IMG/VR virus record: IMGVR_UViG_3300027749_000137
Span: 1 to 54,940 of that record
Reading direction: 5' to 3' (one strand)
DNA: 54,940 nt
Origin: a virus
Lineage: Duplodnaviria; Caudoviricetes
Shown: one piece after another, positions 26,357 to 35,840 of the stretch
How positions within the stretch are numbered: position 1 is the stretch's first letter
Layout of the letters: every line of letters begins with the position of its first letter
Made by a program: the position numbers and the translations under genes
Notes under the pieces: model-generated
The model's database searches: none
What the model was told of the DNA's origin: nothing
What the model saw: the letters and a program-made list of their open reading frames with translations, nothing else

Positions 26357-26648
26357 TGATCTTTATCAGGTGTACCACATCAACGGCACCGTTACCCCCG
26401 ATGAGTATCGGGAAGCCTTGGTCCGCGCAACGTCACCCGAGGACGCTGTACAGCAATTTGGCGCTATTTATCCTGAAGTCCCTGAAGGCGATTTTGTGGA
26501 AGTGAACTTGGCATATCTGTGCACTGACTGCGGTTGGCCATCAATTAAGCAGAGTAATGTCCGCGATATCAGTGGAGCGGATGCCTATACCTGCCATGTC
26601 TGTGAAAACTGTGGCCACCACTTCGGAGGGGACCTTGACCATGCTTAA
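26349..26648 (+). CDS. Zn-ribbon protein
   Basis: CTDCG...CENCG; GGAG SD. Confidence 0.7.
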   Translation: MSDDLYQVYHINGTVTPDEYREALVRATSPEDAVQQFGAIYPEVPEGDFVEVNLAYLCTDCGWPSIKQSNVRDISGADAYTCHVCENCGHHFGGDLDHA

Positions 26649-26733
26649 CCTGATCCGCCTGTACTTTATGTTCCGCCGCAAGGGGTGGAGCCGTATTCAA
26701 TCGATTAAATCAACTTGGAGAATTGCAAAATGA
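26641..26733 (+). CDS. 30-aa peptide
   Basis: MLNLIRLYFMFRRKGWSRIQSIKSTWRIAK; overlaps both neighbours. Confidence 0.5.
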   Translation: MLNLIRLYFMFRRKGWSRIQSIKSTWRIAK

Positions 26734-26984
26734 TATTTGGAACTAAACGCATCAAAGCTTTGGAAGAGCAATTGGAAATGCACATTAACCGGCTCAACAA
26801 CCTGTTTGCAAACCTGCAAAGTCAGATCATTAGCCTGCACCACGCGAAGGTGACCGCCAGTGTGGATAAGAAGGTTGCCCAGCGCCTAAAGCAGCGGGAG
26901 TATGCACGGGAGTATTACCGCAAGAACAAAGCCGTGGTGAATGCAAAGACCGCAGCACGGAGAAAGGCCAAGGCTGGGAAATGA
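26730..26984 (+). CDS. Basic coiled-coil protein
   Basis: Start refined by ATGA coupling; REYAREYYRKNK. Confidence 0.65.
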   Translation: MIFGTKRIKALEEQLEMHINRLNNLFANLQSQIISLHHAKVTASVDKKVAQRLKQREYAREYYRKNKAVVNAKTAARRKAKAGK

Positions 26985-27172
26985 AATTTTTTTCTTTTTT
27001 GAAGAATCAACTAAAGGGGCTGACACCTTTGGAAGTGATCAGCAAGGAGCTGGCACAGGCTCATTTGGATAGGCTGGAAGCGGAGAATGCTTGCGAATAC
27101 AGCCAAGCTGTGCTGGATCTAAATTTGGCCCGCATCGAACGGTTAAACCTACGTATCAAGGAGTACAAATAA
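26981..27172 (+). CDS. Hypothetical protein
   Basis: 63 aa; coupled; TPLEVI..EL..A...RIERL. Confidence 0.7.
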   Translation: MKFFSFLKNQLKGLTPLEVISKELAQAHLDRLEAENACEYSQAVLDLNLARIERLNLRIKEYK

Positions 27173-27294
27173 TGAACTGGACACCTGAGCAGAAATGGAA
27201 AGTCATACAGGCGTGGTTGTACGCATACGACCAAGGCATACACAAAGACTACGAGCAGCAACTACTACTGGCTATCAAAGGAGAAGCACAGTGA
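27172..27294 (+). CDS. Hypothetical protein (40 aa)
   Basis: MNWTPEQKWK...; AAGGAG SD; TAATG coupling. Confidence 0.6.
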   Translation: MNWTPEQKWKVIQAWLYAYDQGIHKDYEQQLLLAIKGEAQ

Positions 27295-27449
27295 ACGAAG
27301 CAGACAAACACTACATGACACCGACACCCATTGAAGAAGAGGTCCGTGATCCGTGGTCCTTTATCAGTCAACAGATAAGAGGTCTACTTGCACTTGCAGC
27401 CATTGTGGTTGGTGTGTGGATGCTTGTTGCAGCGGTGGTGGTGAGATGA
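27291..27449 (+). CDS. Small membrane protein
   Basis: GTG start with AAGGAG SD; C-terminal TM segment. Confidence 0.55.
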   Translation: MNEADKHYMTPTPIEEEVRDPWSFISQQIRGLLALAAIVVGVWMLVAAVVVR

Positions 27450-27673
27450 ACGAGATGACAGACTGGTTTCCCCCACACATCAAGCCTGTGCATATCGGTG
27501 TGTACGAAATTAAATTTTCTAATGTGCCACTTGGCAAACGTTTAATGTACGCACGATGGAATGGTAAAGAATGGTCAAACTTTGCGTATAAAAAGAATGA
27601 TGACTGTATGAACGATTGTTTCGGCGCAGTGCAAAAGAAACATTGGCGCGGTTTTACGGAGGAGCAGACATGA
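27446..27673 (+). CDS. Hypothetical protein
   Basis: TDWFPPHIKPVHIGVYE...WNGKEW...WRG family pattern. Confidence 0.7.
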   Translation: MNEMTDWFPPHIKPVHIGVYEIKFSNVPLGKRLMYARWNGKEWSNFAYKKNDDCMNDCFGAVQKKHWRGFTEEQT

Positions 27674-27852
27674 CAGAAAAATACGGTATGGGTCACACAG
27701 ACCCTCGCGCCATATATGGCTTAACTGCTGTTGAATTGGAAGAGCCTGTTGTGCGGTGGGAATTTCTTGAGCGCAACCAATACGAGATAGGTTCACTTGT
27801 GACGCAGTTAATTTTTATTGCGGTGGTTGTCATATTGGGGGTGTTGATATGA
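27670..27852 (+). CDS. Small membrane protein
   Basis: MTEKYGMG...; GGAG SD; C-terminal TM segment. Confidence 0.6.
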   Translation: MTEKYGMGHTDPRAIYGLTAVELEEPVVRWEFLERNQYEIGSLVTQLIFIAVVVILGVLI

Positions 27853-28355
27853 CAGGCTATCAAAGCAAAAAGGCGGCGGCGCAGGGCAAGCTGGAAGATG
27901 ACGATACGCAGGTATACCAAGACCACGACGATACGCTGACGATTGCATACCAAAGCGGCTACTACGATGGAAAAAAAGCAGCAGCGCAGGAGCCTACCAA
28001 GTATTCTTTCAGAGCGCAGTGGGAAGAAGATGGTTGTATTGGCGTAGTTGCGGCTATTGAAAGGTTAGATGGTGGTGTTCATTTATTGAAAGACACCATT
28101 GACGCACCACAGCCAGTGCAGGAACCTGTGGCGTATCTTTGTGGCCCAGACAAAAACGGTATGTTTGGTTTACCGACAGCGGACAAGGCTTGCAAATATT
28201 GTTTTCCTGTTTACGCCGCACCACGACAGCGCCCTTGGGTTGGGCTGACGGATGAGGAAATAGAACAGTTACACACAACATGGGTGCTTGGTGGCGGGTT
28301 TAGACAATTGTGCAATGCCATAGAAGCCAAACTCAAGGAAAAGAACAATGGGTGA
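27849..28355 (+). CDS. Mosaic phage protein (QEPVA/WVGLTDEE module)
   Basis: AQEP, QEPVAY, RPWVGLTDEE and IEAKLKEKN. Confidence 0.7.
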   Translation: MTGYQSKKAAAQGKLEDDDTQVYQDHDDTLTIAYQSGYYDGKKAAAQEPTKYSFRAQWEEDGCIGVVAAIERLDGGVHLLKDTIDAPQPVQEPVAYLCGPDKNGMFGLPTADKACKYCFPVYAAPRQRPWVGLTDEEIEQLHTTWVLGGGFRQLCNAIEAKLKEKNNG

Positions 28356-28581
28356 ACGACTAATACCAAAGCTGGACAGGCTTGGCGCGGAGGCTGGCAT
28401 CAAGCAGATGACGCCCGAGATATATAACTTTGCCCTGCGGGTGCGTGCTGATGTGGTAGCGCAGTGGCCTGAACGCCCGTGGGTTGGGTTGACTGCCGAA
28501 GAAGCCGTTGAATGCTGTACAACAACCGCAACACAAACGTGGAAAAACTTTGAAGCTAAGCTCAAGGAGCGCAACACATGA
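28348..28581 (+). CDS. Mosaic phage protein (WVGLT module)
   Basis: RPWVGLTAEE...FEAKLKERN. Confidence 0.65.
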   Translation: MGERLIPKLDRLGAEAGIKQMTPEIYNFALRVRADVVAQWPERPWVGLTAEEAVECCTTTATQTWKNFEAKLKERNT

Positions 28582-28814
28582 AAACAATTATTCATGTGAA
28601 TCAGCACGTCATAAAATCCAATGCAAAAAATGGAACAAATGAGCCGGTGTTAACAGTAAAAACGTACAAGGAAAACCGGTATGCACATGAAGCCGTGATC
28701 CTCGGTCCATGCAAAGTGGTCTATTCTCCTGACAGAGCACTTTCGTGCGGGGCAAAGGTGTGGATTGAGACGCATGCAGAGGTTGAACTTAAATTAGAGG
28801 AGCAAACAGCTTGA
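28578..28814 (+). CDS. Conserved phage protein
   Basis: IIHVNQHVIK.N...EPVLTVKT...LSCGAKVWIET. Confidence 0.75.
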   Translation: MKTIIHVNQHVIKSNAKNGTNEPVLTVKTYKENRYAHEAVILGPCKVVYSPDRALSCGAKVWIETHAEVELKLEEQTA

Positions 28815-29815
28815 CCATATTCGTGAGCCTCGCTTCTTACTGCGACAACCTTTTGGAGCAGACCATGACAGAAGCCATGACCAAGGCTAAGTACCCAAGG
28901 GATATCCGTTTTGGTGTGGTGGAACAGCAATACGTTGAGAAACGTCTGCGCTCTGAAATTGTCAAGAATCCGCAGGTCCGTTATGTCGGGATTGATATCC
29001 GCGAGGCGCGGGGCGCGTGCTGGGCACGGGCTTTGGCGATGAGTTTATACAATGACGAGGACTACTTTTTGCAAGTGGATGCACACACGGTATTTGATGA
29101 GGATTGGGATGAGAAACTGATCAAATCCATAGAACATTGTGGGAAGAAATCAGCCAAGCCTTTGTTGTCTAGTTATCCTCCTTCTTTTGAAATTAAGGAC
29201 AAACAGATCATCCTTCAGTACGCCCCCAAGTGCATGGCCACATCATGGGTAGTGGACAAAGAATGGCCTAATGAGCCTAACGGTAATGACATTGTCTTGC
29301 ATTTCAGGGCGTACGTTTATAACGATGTTACGGAGCCTGTCAAAGGGTTTCATGTTGCTGGGGGAATGATTTTTGCGCATGGGAAGTTTGTGTACGAAGT
29401 ACCGTATGACCCGCATTTGTATTTCCAAGGCGAAGAACAAAATATCTCGGTCAGGGCCTATACGCATGGATGGGACATTTACCATACCCCTGATGTTCCT
29501 GTTTATCACCTGTATGCCATGAATAAAGAAGGGCAAGAAGGAACGCCTGATATTGAACGTAATCAGAGGGAAACGCACTGGGTAGAAGACAAGGACAAAA
29601 TGCGTAAGGAGCGATGGTGGGACCTTGATAAAAAGTCAAGGACTAGGCTATCTGCTTTACTGCATAAAGGTGAGAATCTTGGTGCGTATGGGCTGGGAAA
29701 AGAACGCACATTAAAGGACTATGCGAAGTTTTCTGGGATTGATTACGTCAACAAAAAGCTTATGCCTAATGCATGGTTGCCTTCTGAACGTCCTGCGACT
29801 AAGAAAAAGAAATGA
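28811..29815 (+). CDS. GT60/Gnt1-like GlcNAc glycosyltransferase
   Basis: TIFVSLASY.D, ARGACWAR, FLQVDAHT.F..DWD, VPYDP.LYF.GEE...R.YT.GWD and YHLY: the GT-A fold pattern of the GlcNAc-transferase family. Confidence 0.8.
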   Translation: MTIFVSLASYCDNLLEQTMTEAMTKAKYPRDIRFGVVEQQYVEKRLRSEIVKNPQVRYVGIDIREARGACWARALAMSLYNDEDYFLQVDAHTVFDEDWDEKLIKSIEHCGKKSAKPLLSSYPPSFEIKDKQIILQYAPKCMATSWVVDKEWPNEPNGNDIVLHFRAYVYNDVTEPVKGFHVAGGMIFAHGKFVYEVPYDPHLYFQGEEQNISVRAYTHGWDIYHTPDVPVYHLYAMNKEGQEGTPDIERNQRETHWVEDKDKMRKERWWDLDKKSRTRLSALLHKGENLGAYGLGKERTLKDYAKFSGIDYVNKKLMPNAWLPSERPATKKKK

Positions 29816-30483
29816 AAGTTGGTGTGATGATCCCCACTTATAAGCGGCCTGATCTGCTTCGCGCAGCCGTGCTGCAATGGATTGTGCAAACAAGGCCACC
29901 GGACATTATTTGTGTTCATCAGAACGGGGAAAGCGAAAGCTACGAATGGGTTGTGGAAGACCTCAGGTCCTTGGTCCACGTCAAGTGGGTCTACATGCCT
30001 AAAACTATCCCCCAGCACCGTTGGTATCTTGTACCGCTAAGTTATCTGATCGCACAGGACTGTGATGTATTCTTTTGGGGTGACCATGATGATATTTATC
30101 TACGTAACCATGTGGAGAAATGCATTCGTGAGCTGGTACATGCGGACATTACGGTGTCCGAAACGTGCGGTGTGCTGTATCTGAAGGGCAAAGAGTTTGC
30201 CTACGATAAGCCAAGGAAATTTACTGCGCATGCGCCCGGGGGGATGAGTTCATCTATGGCATTTAATCGTCCTTTTGCCTTGGTTTTGGAAGAGGACTTA
30301 CAGGACGACACAAATACTTTTTTCTCAGATAACGTAGTGGCCAATGTAACCATGCCGAAATTTCGTGTGTTTAGGGGAGAAAGGAATACCACTGTTTATG
30401 TATCCCATTCAGGATCATATAGCTCATCAAGCTGGGTAAAAGAAAGCGATTGGGCTAAGGAAGCCAACTGGGGAACTGTATGA
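29812..30483 (+). CDS. GT2-family glycosyltransferase
   Basis: VMIPTYKRPDLL...QT and DHDD (DxD) motifs. Confidence 0.8.
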   Translation: MKVGVMIPTYKRPDLLRAAVLQWIVQTRPPDIICVHQNGESESYEWVVEDLRSLVHVKWVYMPKTIPQHRWYLVPLSYLIAQDCDVFFWGDHDDIYLRNHVEKCIRELVHADITVSETCGVLYLKGKEFAYDKPRKFTAHAPGGMSSSMAFNRPFALVLEEDLQDDTNTFFSDNVVANVTMPKFRVFRGERNTTVYVSHSGSYSSSSWVKESDWAKEANWGTV

Positions 30484-31118
30484 ACATATGGCAAGACTTT
30501 AAGAGTAATAACGGCAAAGGGATTTACAAGTGGTCACATTATTTCCCTATTTATGAAAAGCATTTTGCTTCTTGGCGCAATAAAAATGTGACTTTTTTGG
30601 AAATCGGAGTACAGCGGGGCGGCTCACTGCAAATGTGGCAGCGTTTCTTTGGCCCGTTGGCCACGATTGTCGGCATTGATATTGATCCAAGTTGCGCGGC
30701 GCATGGTGGGGAAAACGTGCACGTGCGCATTGGGGACCAATCCGATACACAATTTTTAAAATCCCTAATTGATGAATTTGGGCCTTTTGATATTGTTCTG
30801 GATGATGGCAGTCATCACATGATTCATATTTGGAAGACGTTTGAATTCATGTATCCCAAAATATCAAAGAATGGGATCTATGCGGTGGAGGATCTGCATA
30901 CAGCGTATTGGAAGGAGTATGGAGGGGATATTACGGACAAGAACACTTTTGTCAACATCAGCAAAAGTTTTGTTGATGATTTAAATGCGCACCATTCAAG
31001 GGGCGTGTTGAAGCCTAATTTCATAACAGACAATACGTTTGGGATTTCTTTTTACGACAGCGTTATCGTGTACGAACGAGGGCGCATACCAAATAGAAAT
31101 CCTATTCTGTCTGAGTAA
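30480..31118 (+). CDS. Class I SAM-dependent methyltransferase (sugar O-methyltransferase-like)
   Basis: LEIGVQRGGS, GIDID, GDQSD, DIVLDDGSH and Y.VEDLH motifs. Confidence 0.85.
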   Translation: MNIWQDFKSNNGKGIYKWSHYFPIYEKHFASWRNKNVTFLEIGVQRGGSLQMWQRFFGPLATIVGIDIDPSCAAHGGENVHVRIGDQSDTQFLKSLIDEFGPFDIVLDDGSHHMIHIWKTFEFMYPKISKNGIYAVEDLHTAYWKEYGGDITDKNTFVNISKSFVDDLNAHHSRGVLKPNFITDNTFGISFYDSVIVYERGRIPNRNPILSE

Positions 31119-31130
31119 CCAAAGGAACAT

Positions 31131-31298
31131 ATGACCGAACACGAACAAAATTTACGCGACCTAGCAGCATTAGTTGCTATGGCAGCGCTGTTGGTTAGGG
31201 ATAAATACAGCCTCTACCCACATGACACGGCATTCAAAATAGCAGATCAATTTATTAACGAAAGGAAGAAAAGTGGTAGCAACATTCAAGATGAATGA
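31131..31298 (+). CDS. Hypothetical protein (55 aa)
   Basis: Hand-translated MTEHEQNLRDLAALVAM...AFKIADQFI; AAGGA SD. Confidence 0.65.
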   Translation: MTEHEQNLRDLAALVAMAALLVRDKYSLYPHDTAFKIADQFINERKKSGSNIQDE

Positions 31299-31479
31299 CA
31301 CCGATTCAGCACGCAAGGCATTGAATCTGATGGTGCCTTGGAAGAAGCGGGAGAAACAGGCCAATGAGGCCACGCCTCCCAGCATTAACATTTGGAAGCA
31401 GCCAGTGTATAGCCCACCTACGGGCGACTATGTGAGGCCCTCGGGCCTCGATCACCGCAAATATAAAAGTAAAGGATGA
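31273..31479 (+). CDS. Hypothetical protein
   Basis: 68 aa ending RPSGLDHRKYKSKG. Confidence 0.6.
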   Translation: MVATFKMNDTDSARKALNLMVPWKKREKQANEATPPSINIWKQPVYSPPTGDYVRPSGLDHRKYKSKG

Positions 31480-31685
31480 CCATGTATATTGTTTCAGTTG
31501 TTAATTACGCACTGCCCTGCATGCTTGCAGAGACGGCGCTAAAGGATGCGCACAACGCTGCGCTGGACGGGGACTTGGTAAAGGCGATGGACTATACGAT
31601 CCAAGCCATTGCTGAGTCAAAAATAATGCTTAACTCACTTATAATTATGAAGGAGAAAGAAGATGCTGGACGCTCTGTCACGTAA
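31476..31685 (+). CDS. Hypothetical protein
   Basis: 69 aa; coupled. Confidence 0.6.
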   Translation: MTMYIVSVVNYALPCMLAETALKDAHNAALDGDLVKAMDYTIQAIAESKIMLNSLIIMKEKEDAGRSVT

Positions 31686-31881
31686 CCGATTGCGCGATGT
31701 TGCTCGCCCCAAACGAGGGGACTTAAACAAACAGAATTATTTATTGGAACAGGTCATTGAGGACTTGCACAAAAAATACCCAGAGAAATTTCATGACAAT
31801 CTATCGATCCATAACCGAGTGTTTTTTCACAAACCCCATATCCACGTTTTAACCCCATATCACCATGCTATTAACATTTGA
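31663..31881 (+). CDS. Hypothetical protein
   Basis: 72 aa; AAGGAG SD. Confidence 0.6.
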   Translation: MLDALSRNRLRDVARPKRGDLNKQNYLLEQVIEDLHKKYPEKFHDNLSIHNRVFFHKPHIHVLTPYHHAINI

Positions 31882-32062
31882 AAACCTAATCAAAGTACTG
31901 GATGACCTTGCACGGGCATACCGGCAAACCAACGGCCTTGATGGGGCCTACGACAAACCCCTTTTAGCCGCAGAAATGGTACTTAAGAAATATGCCGATA
32001 TCACAGCATCCCAAACTAAGAGAATTGCTGAAGCAACATCCGGAGGGGATGACGTGCGCTGA
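31865..32062 (+). CDS. Hypothetical protein
   Basis: 65 aa; overlaps the next ORF by about 70 bp. Confidence 0.45.
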   Translation: MLLTFENLIKVLDDLARAYRQTNGLDGAYDKPLLAAEMVLKKYADITASQTKRIAEATSGGDDVR

Positions 32063-32234
32063 ACTGCATGGGCTGTCCGGTATCAAATCAGAGTCCATCA
32101 GACAGGCTTTGAATAACATGCCGGACACCTATGTTGATAGGTGGCAAAAAAGGGGCCGAGGCCCCTTTCAAAAAGTGTGGTGTGTGGTGGACGTTCCTAA
32201 AGACTGTCCCCACCCCACACAATCACTTCGCTGA
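31992..32234 (+). CDS. Putative HTH DNA-binding protein
   Basis: LRELLKQHPEGMTCAEL...IRQALNNMPDTYVDRW winged-HTH-like pattern. Confidence 0.65.
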   Translation: MPISQHPKLRELLKQHPEGMTCAELHGLSGIKSESIRQALNNMPDTYVDRWQKRGRGPFQKVWCVVDVPKDCPHPTQSLR

Positions 32235-34088
32235 GCCCCAAGTTGGGCCGACTTCAACGTCACACCGGCTTGGAACTTCCAACTTCACAGCGGCTGCCAT
32301 GATTTCGGCAGCCGCTTCTGCTTCTGCCTTACTGTTTACGCTCAACGCCAGCTCATCATGCACTTGCAGCATGCTGTTTATTCCCGCTTTGTGCAGCGCT
32401 ACCATGGCAGACTTCACCTGATCAGCGGCGGACCCTTGGATAAGACGATTAAGCCCCTTGTAGGTGCCTGAGCGCTTGATCCGTTGGCCATATTCCATGG
32501 CGGCTTGCTCACGGGGCAGCGCCTTGTTCACGCCCCATTCCATCGGCTCCCACAACGGGAAGCGGCATTTACGGCCCAGCAGCGTGCGGATAGATCCATT
32601 AGATGTAGGGCTGTCAATTCGCTTCATAACGGCGTTGACAGTGCCTTTGAGAAACGGAACATTTTGGTGGAACTTGGTAATCAATTCATCGGCCTCGCCA
32701 AGATGCAGATCCAACTGCGCAGCCAGCTTAGCTTTGCCCATACCGTACATCAGGCCCAAACCAATTGTCTTGGCCGCCTTGCGATTGATACCTGCCATGG
32801 TAGCTACCATTTGGTGGAAGTCCGTATCAGGGTTTTCCCTATATGCGTTCACCATGGTCTCCGACCCGGGCAGATCCAAGAGGCTTGCATAGTGGACCAG
32901 CAGGCGCGGCTCCTGTGCGCTGAAATCGTTTGATGCCCACAGTTGGCCCTCTTCCGGCAAGAATAGATTGCGCACCATCGGGCCAATGATTTCATGGCGG
33001 GCAGGAACCTGCTGAAGGTTAGGGTTGGCCATGGACAGCCGTCCTGTAACCGTGCCCCCATCATCCGAACGCATCTGATTGACATGCGGGTGGATGCGGC
33101 CAGTCTTGGCGCTAAAGTCTAAGTAAGGCTGGAGAAAGGTACTATGCGTCTTATTTGTCTCTCGGGCCTCAATGATCATCCGCCCTAAAGGGTGGGAGCA
33201 AGATTCCAGAAAGCCTTTGGTAAAGCTCGGTGCACCGGCCTCGGTCTTTGCATAAGGCAGGCTCAGTTTGTCAAAGGCGGCAGCAATACTTTGGGCAGTC
33301 CAGATATCTACGGAATTGCCAACGAGGTTGCGCATGTGCGTATATAGCTCCTTCTCCCGCTTTTTGAGCTTATCAATCAGCAATTCGCAATTAAATCGGT
33401 CAAACCGAATTCCGCGCTGCGTCATACCCAGTAATACAGGGAATACAGCGGTTTCAAGATTAAAGATTGATTCGACTTCTTCCTGCCGCAGTTTGATCTT
33501 TAAAGCCTGCCACAGCTTCAGCGTCAGGGCAGCATCCTGCTCGGCGTAGTCACCCACATACATTGCAGGCAGCTTCCACAATTCCTTTTTAGGATGCACA
33601 CCAAAATCAGCAGCGGCCATCTTCAGTCCTGCCTCTGACTTTACTTCCTGAAGATAGTCAAATCCAAGGGAGTTGAGGGAATAGCTGAAACGATTTTCGT
33701 CGATGAGCGGCGCTGCAAGCATCGTGTCAACGATACGGCCGTTGATGGTAAATCCGCTGGCTTGAAGCCATCCGGAGTCATAGGCTGCGTTGTGCATAAC
33801 TTTGTCGGCGGGGGTACTGAGAACTTCTTGTACCCATCTTTCAACTCGGGCCTTATCAAGGTTACCGCCGCCTTGGTGGGCCACAGGATAATATCCGGCC
33901 CATCCGTCCACAGCAACAGCATAGCCAACAATAAAACCATCACGTCTGGGCCAGCCGGGTCCAAAAGACTCCATGTTTGGGTCGCAGGTTTCGAGGTCAA
34001 TTGCAATCTCCTTGGCTGTGGATAAGTTGGGGAAAGTTTCTGGAGCAACCCACTCTGTGGGCACAGTAAACATAGGCATGGTTTTCAT
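32223..34088 (-). CDS. polA: DNA polymerase family A (3'-5' exonuclease + polymerase)
   Basis: DLET ExoI, HNAAYD, YAEQD, TGRLS.ANPNLQQ, DFSAQEPR, AKTIGLGLMYG and QVHDEL. Confidence 0.95.
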   Translation of the reverse strand: MKTMPMFTVPTEWVAPETFPNLSTAKEIAIDLETCDPNMESFGPGWPRRDGFIVGYAVAVDGWAGYYPVAHQGGGNLDKARVERWVQEVLSTPADKVMHNAAYDSGWLQASGFTINGRIVDTMLAAPLIDENRFSYSLNSLGFDYLQEVKSEAGLKMAAADFGVHPKKELWKLPAMYVGDYAEQDAALTLKLWQALKIKLRQEEVESIFNLETAVFPVLLGMTQRGIRFDRFNCELLIDKLKKREKELYTHMRNLVGNSVDIWTAQSIAAAFDKLSLPYAKTEAGAPSFTKGFLESCSHPLGRMIIEARETNKTHSTFLQPYLDFSAKTGRIHPHVNQMRSDDGGTVTGRLSMANPNLQQVPARHEIIGPMVRNLFLPEEGQLWASNDFSAQEPRLLVHYASLLDLPGSETMVNAYRENPDTDFHQMVATMAGINRKAAKTIGLGLMYGMGKAKLAAQLDLHLGEADELITKFHQNVPFLKGTVNAVMKRIDSPTSNGSIRTLLGRKCRFPLWEPMEWGVNKALPREQAAMEYGQRIKRSGTYKGLNRLIQGSAADQVKSAMVALHKAGINSMLQVHDELALSVNSKAEAEAAAEIMAAAVKLEVPSRCDVEVGPTWGSAK

Positions 34089-35587
34089 ATTCGGAATCCT
34101 TTTTCGATGTGCTTAGGAAGCACAAGATGCAACGATTGTTTGGCACGGGTTATGCCTACATAGAAGAGCCTGTGCACGTTATCAGGGTTTCGTGCATATT
34201 CTTTTGCAAACTTAGGACTCAGGTCCATGAGCAGCAATACATTGTCCGCTTCCCCTCCTTTGGCCCCATGAATTGTTGATAGCCTGATCCTCGGCGCTTG
34301 ATTCAATTTCACTCCACGGCGCAGCAATGCAATCAAGTACTCCTGCGTTTCCAGCGATATCTTGCTTAGCGCTTCATGCCAAACCACATCGGTCAGCAGG
34401 CCAAAATTGCGCTTCAGGGAATCCATGTCATACAGCTCATCCTTTTCCCCGCTGCGAAAGGTTTTATGTCCTCGGGCCACGGCACTCGCATCAAGATACC
34501 GGTAAATCGTGGCCACATGCTCTCCAGTGACCTGCTTCCCCTTACGCAAGCGCTCCCAGTTGACCACGGCTCCTGCAATCTGAGGGGAGAGGCTGGGGAT
34601 GCCGTTGCGCTCAAACAAAATGCCCATTCCTTTTAGCCATTCATGGATAGGATTGAGCAGGTAGTTGGTGCTGGCCATGATCAGCCATTGACCTTGGCTG
34701 ATGTCCACATCCTCATGTCGGTAGTAGGTCTTGACGTTGCCCTCTACATCTCGCGACTTCCACGTCTTGCTTTGGCGCTCACGGATCTGCCGGACGATAC
34801 TATCGGCCAATGTATGTATTTTTGTGGGTACACGGTAGGACTGATCCAGCACAGTGATCTTGCCTTGGAAAGACAAAAAGCTCTTCACGTCTGCCCCTGC
34901 CCAAGTGAACACCGCCTGATCATCATCCCCGGCCAAGTAGGTACGCTTTGCCCGCTCAGATAAGGCCTCCACCATCAGCCATTGCAGGCGTGACAAATCC
35001 TGTGCCTCATCTACAATCAAAACATCTAGGCTGGGCAATCTGGAGGGCTCATCTACAATCATTTCCAATAGGTCGGTGAAGTCCAGTAGGTTGCGGGAAT
35101 GCTTGTAGTGCCGGTAAGTGCGCTCTACAAATTCAAAGTGTCGCCATTCGATGTCCAATGCTGACTGGTTGTAATGCTCCCGCAGGTCAAGGCCCTTGAT
35201 CCGCGCAAGGTTGACTTCGTTCAGTATGGGGTTGTCCGCCTTGATGAACCCCATTTCCTCATCCTTAGTCAGGTCCAACTGGATGCCTGCCTCTGTCGCA
35301 AACTCTTTGTAGTGGGCAGGCTGCATGATGTCATCGGTGCGCGTTCCGAGGCAACGAAATGCAAGGCTGTGCAGCGTGCGGAAATAGGGGAAATCCGTAC
35401 GTTCATTGAGCGCAGGGAACTTGGCAATAGCCCTGTCCCGCGCTTCGTTGGCCGCCTTGCGGGTGAAGGAAAAGTACCCAATGCTGATCGGCAGCGTTCC
35501 GGAAAGTAATTCCAAATCCACTACGTTGAGCAAGTAGGTTGTTTTCCCTGTCCCCGGCGGACCAAATATCTTGTTGATATCACCCAT
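34085..35587 (-). CDS. UvrD/Rep-like SF1 helicase
   Basis: GPPGTGKT, DEAQD, GDDDQA, TIHGAKGGE and YVGITRA. Confidence 0.92.
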   Translation of the reverse strand: MGDINKIFGPPGTGKTTYLLNVVDLELLSGTLPISIGYFSFTRKAANEARDRAIAKFPALNERTDFPYFRTLHSLAFRCLGTRTDDIMQPAHYKEFATEAGIQLDLTKDEEMGFIKADNPILNEVNLARIKGLDLREHYNQSALDIEWRHFEFVERTYRHYKHSRNLLDFTDLLEMIVDEPSRLPSLDVLIVDEAQDLSRLQWLMVEALSERAKRTYLAGDDDQAVFTWAGADVKSFLSFQGKITVLDQSYRVPTKIHTLADSIVRQIRERQSKTWKSRDVEGNVKTYYRHEDVDISQGQWLIMASTNYLLNPIHEWLKGMGILFERNGIPSLSPQIAGAVVNWERLRKGKQVTGEHVATIYRYLDASAVARGHKTFRSGEKDELYDMDSLKRNFGLLTDVVWHEALSKISLETQEYLIALLRRGVKLNQAPRIRLSTIHGAKGGEADNVLLLMDLSPKFAKEYARNPDNVHRLFYVGITRAKQSLHLVLPKHIEKGFRI

Positions 35588-35591
35588 GATA

Positions 35592-35840
35592 TCAAGCGTG
35601 GGGCTCAAGCCAGAAGAAGTCGCTTGGCCAAACAAGCAGCGGAGTATCGGGGCCCATATAGGCACTTTCGATATTGTATTCAATAAACTCCCGCGCCTCT
35701 TCTACGCTCATGCCGTCTCGCTTTTGCAGGATATAGCGAATGGCATCGGCGTTATATATAAGAACATGTATACGTTCATTGCCGTTCCACGTAAAGCATG
35801 GGCCAATGATGGCCTGATCGTATCCATCTAACCTTTTCAA
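35592..35840 (-). CDS. Conserved small phage protein
   Basis: LDGYDQAIIG...EEAREFIEYNIESAYMGPDTP. Confidence 0.75.
   Translation of the reverse strand: MKRLDGYDQAIIGPCFTWNGNERIHVLIYNADAIRYILQKRDGMSVEEAREFIEYNIESAYMGPDTPLLVWPSDFFWLEPHA

Noticed and set aside
18197-35587. Inteins or introns in TerL, PolA or helicase; stop-codon recoding
   Set aside because: The genes are of normal length and uninterrupted under the standard code.
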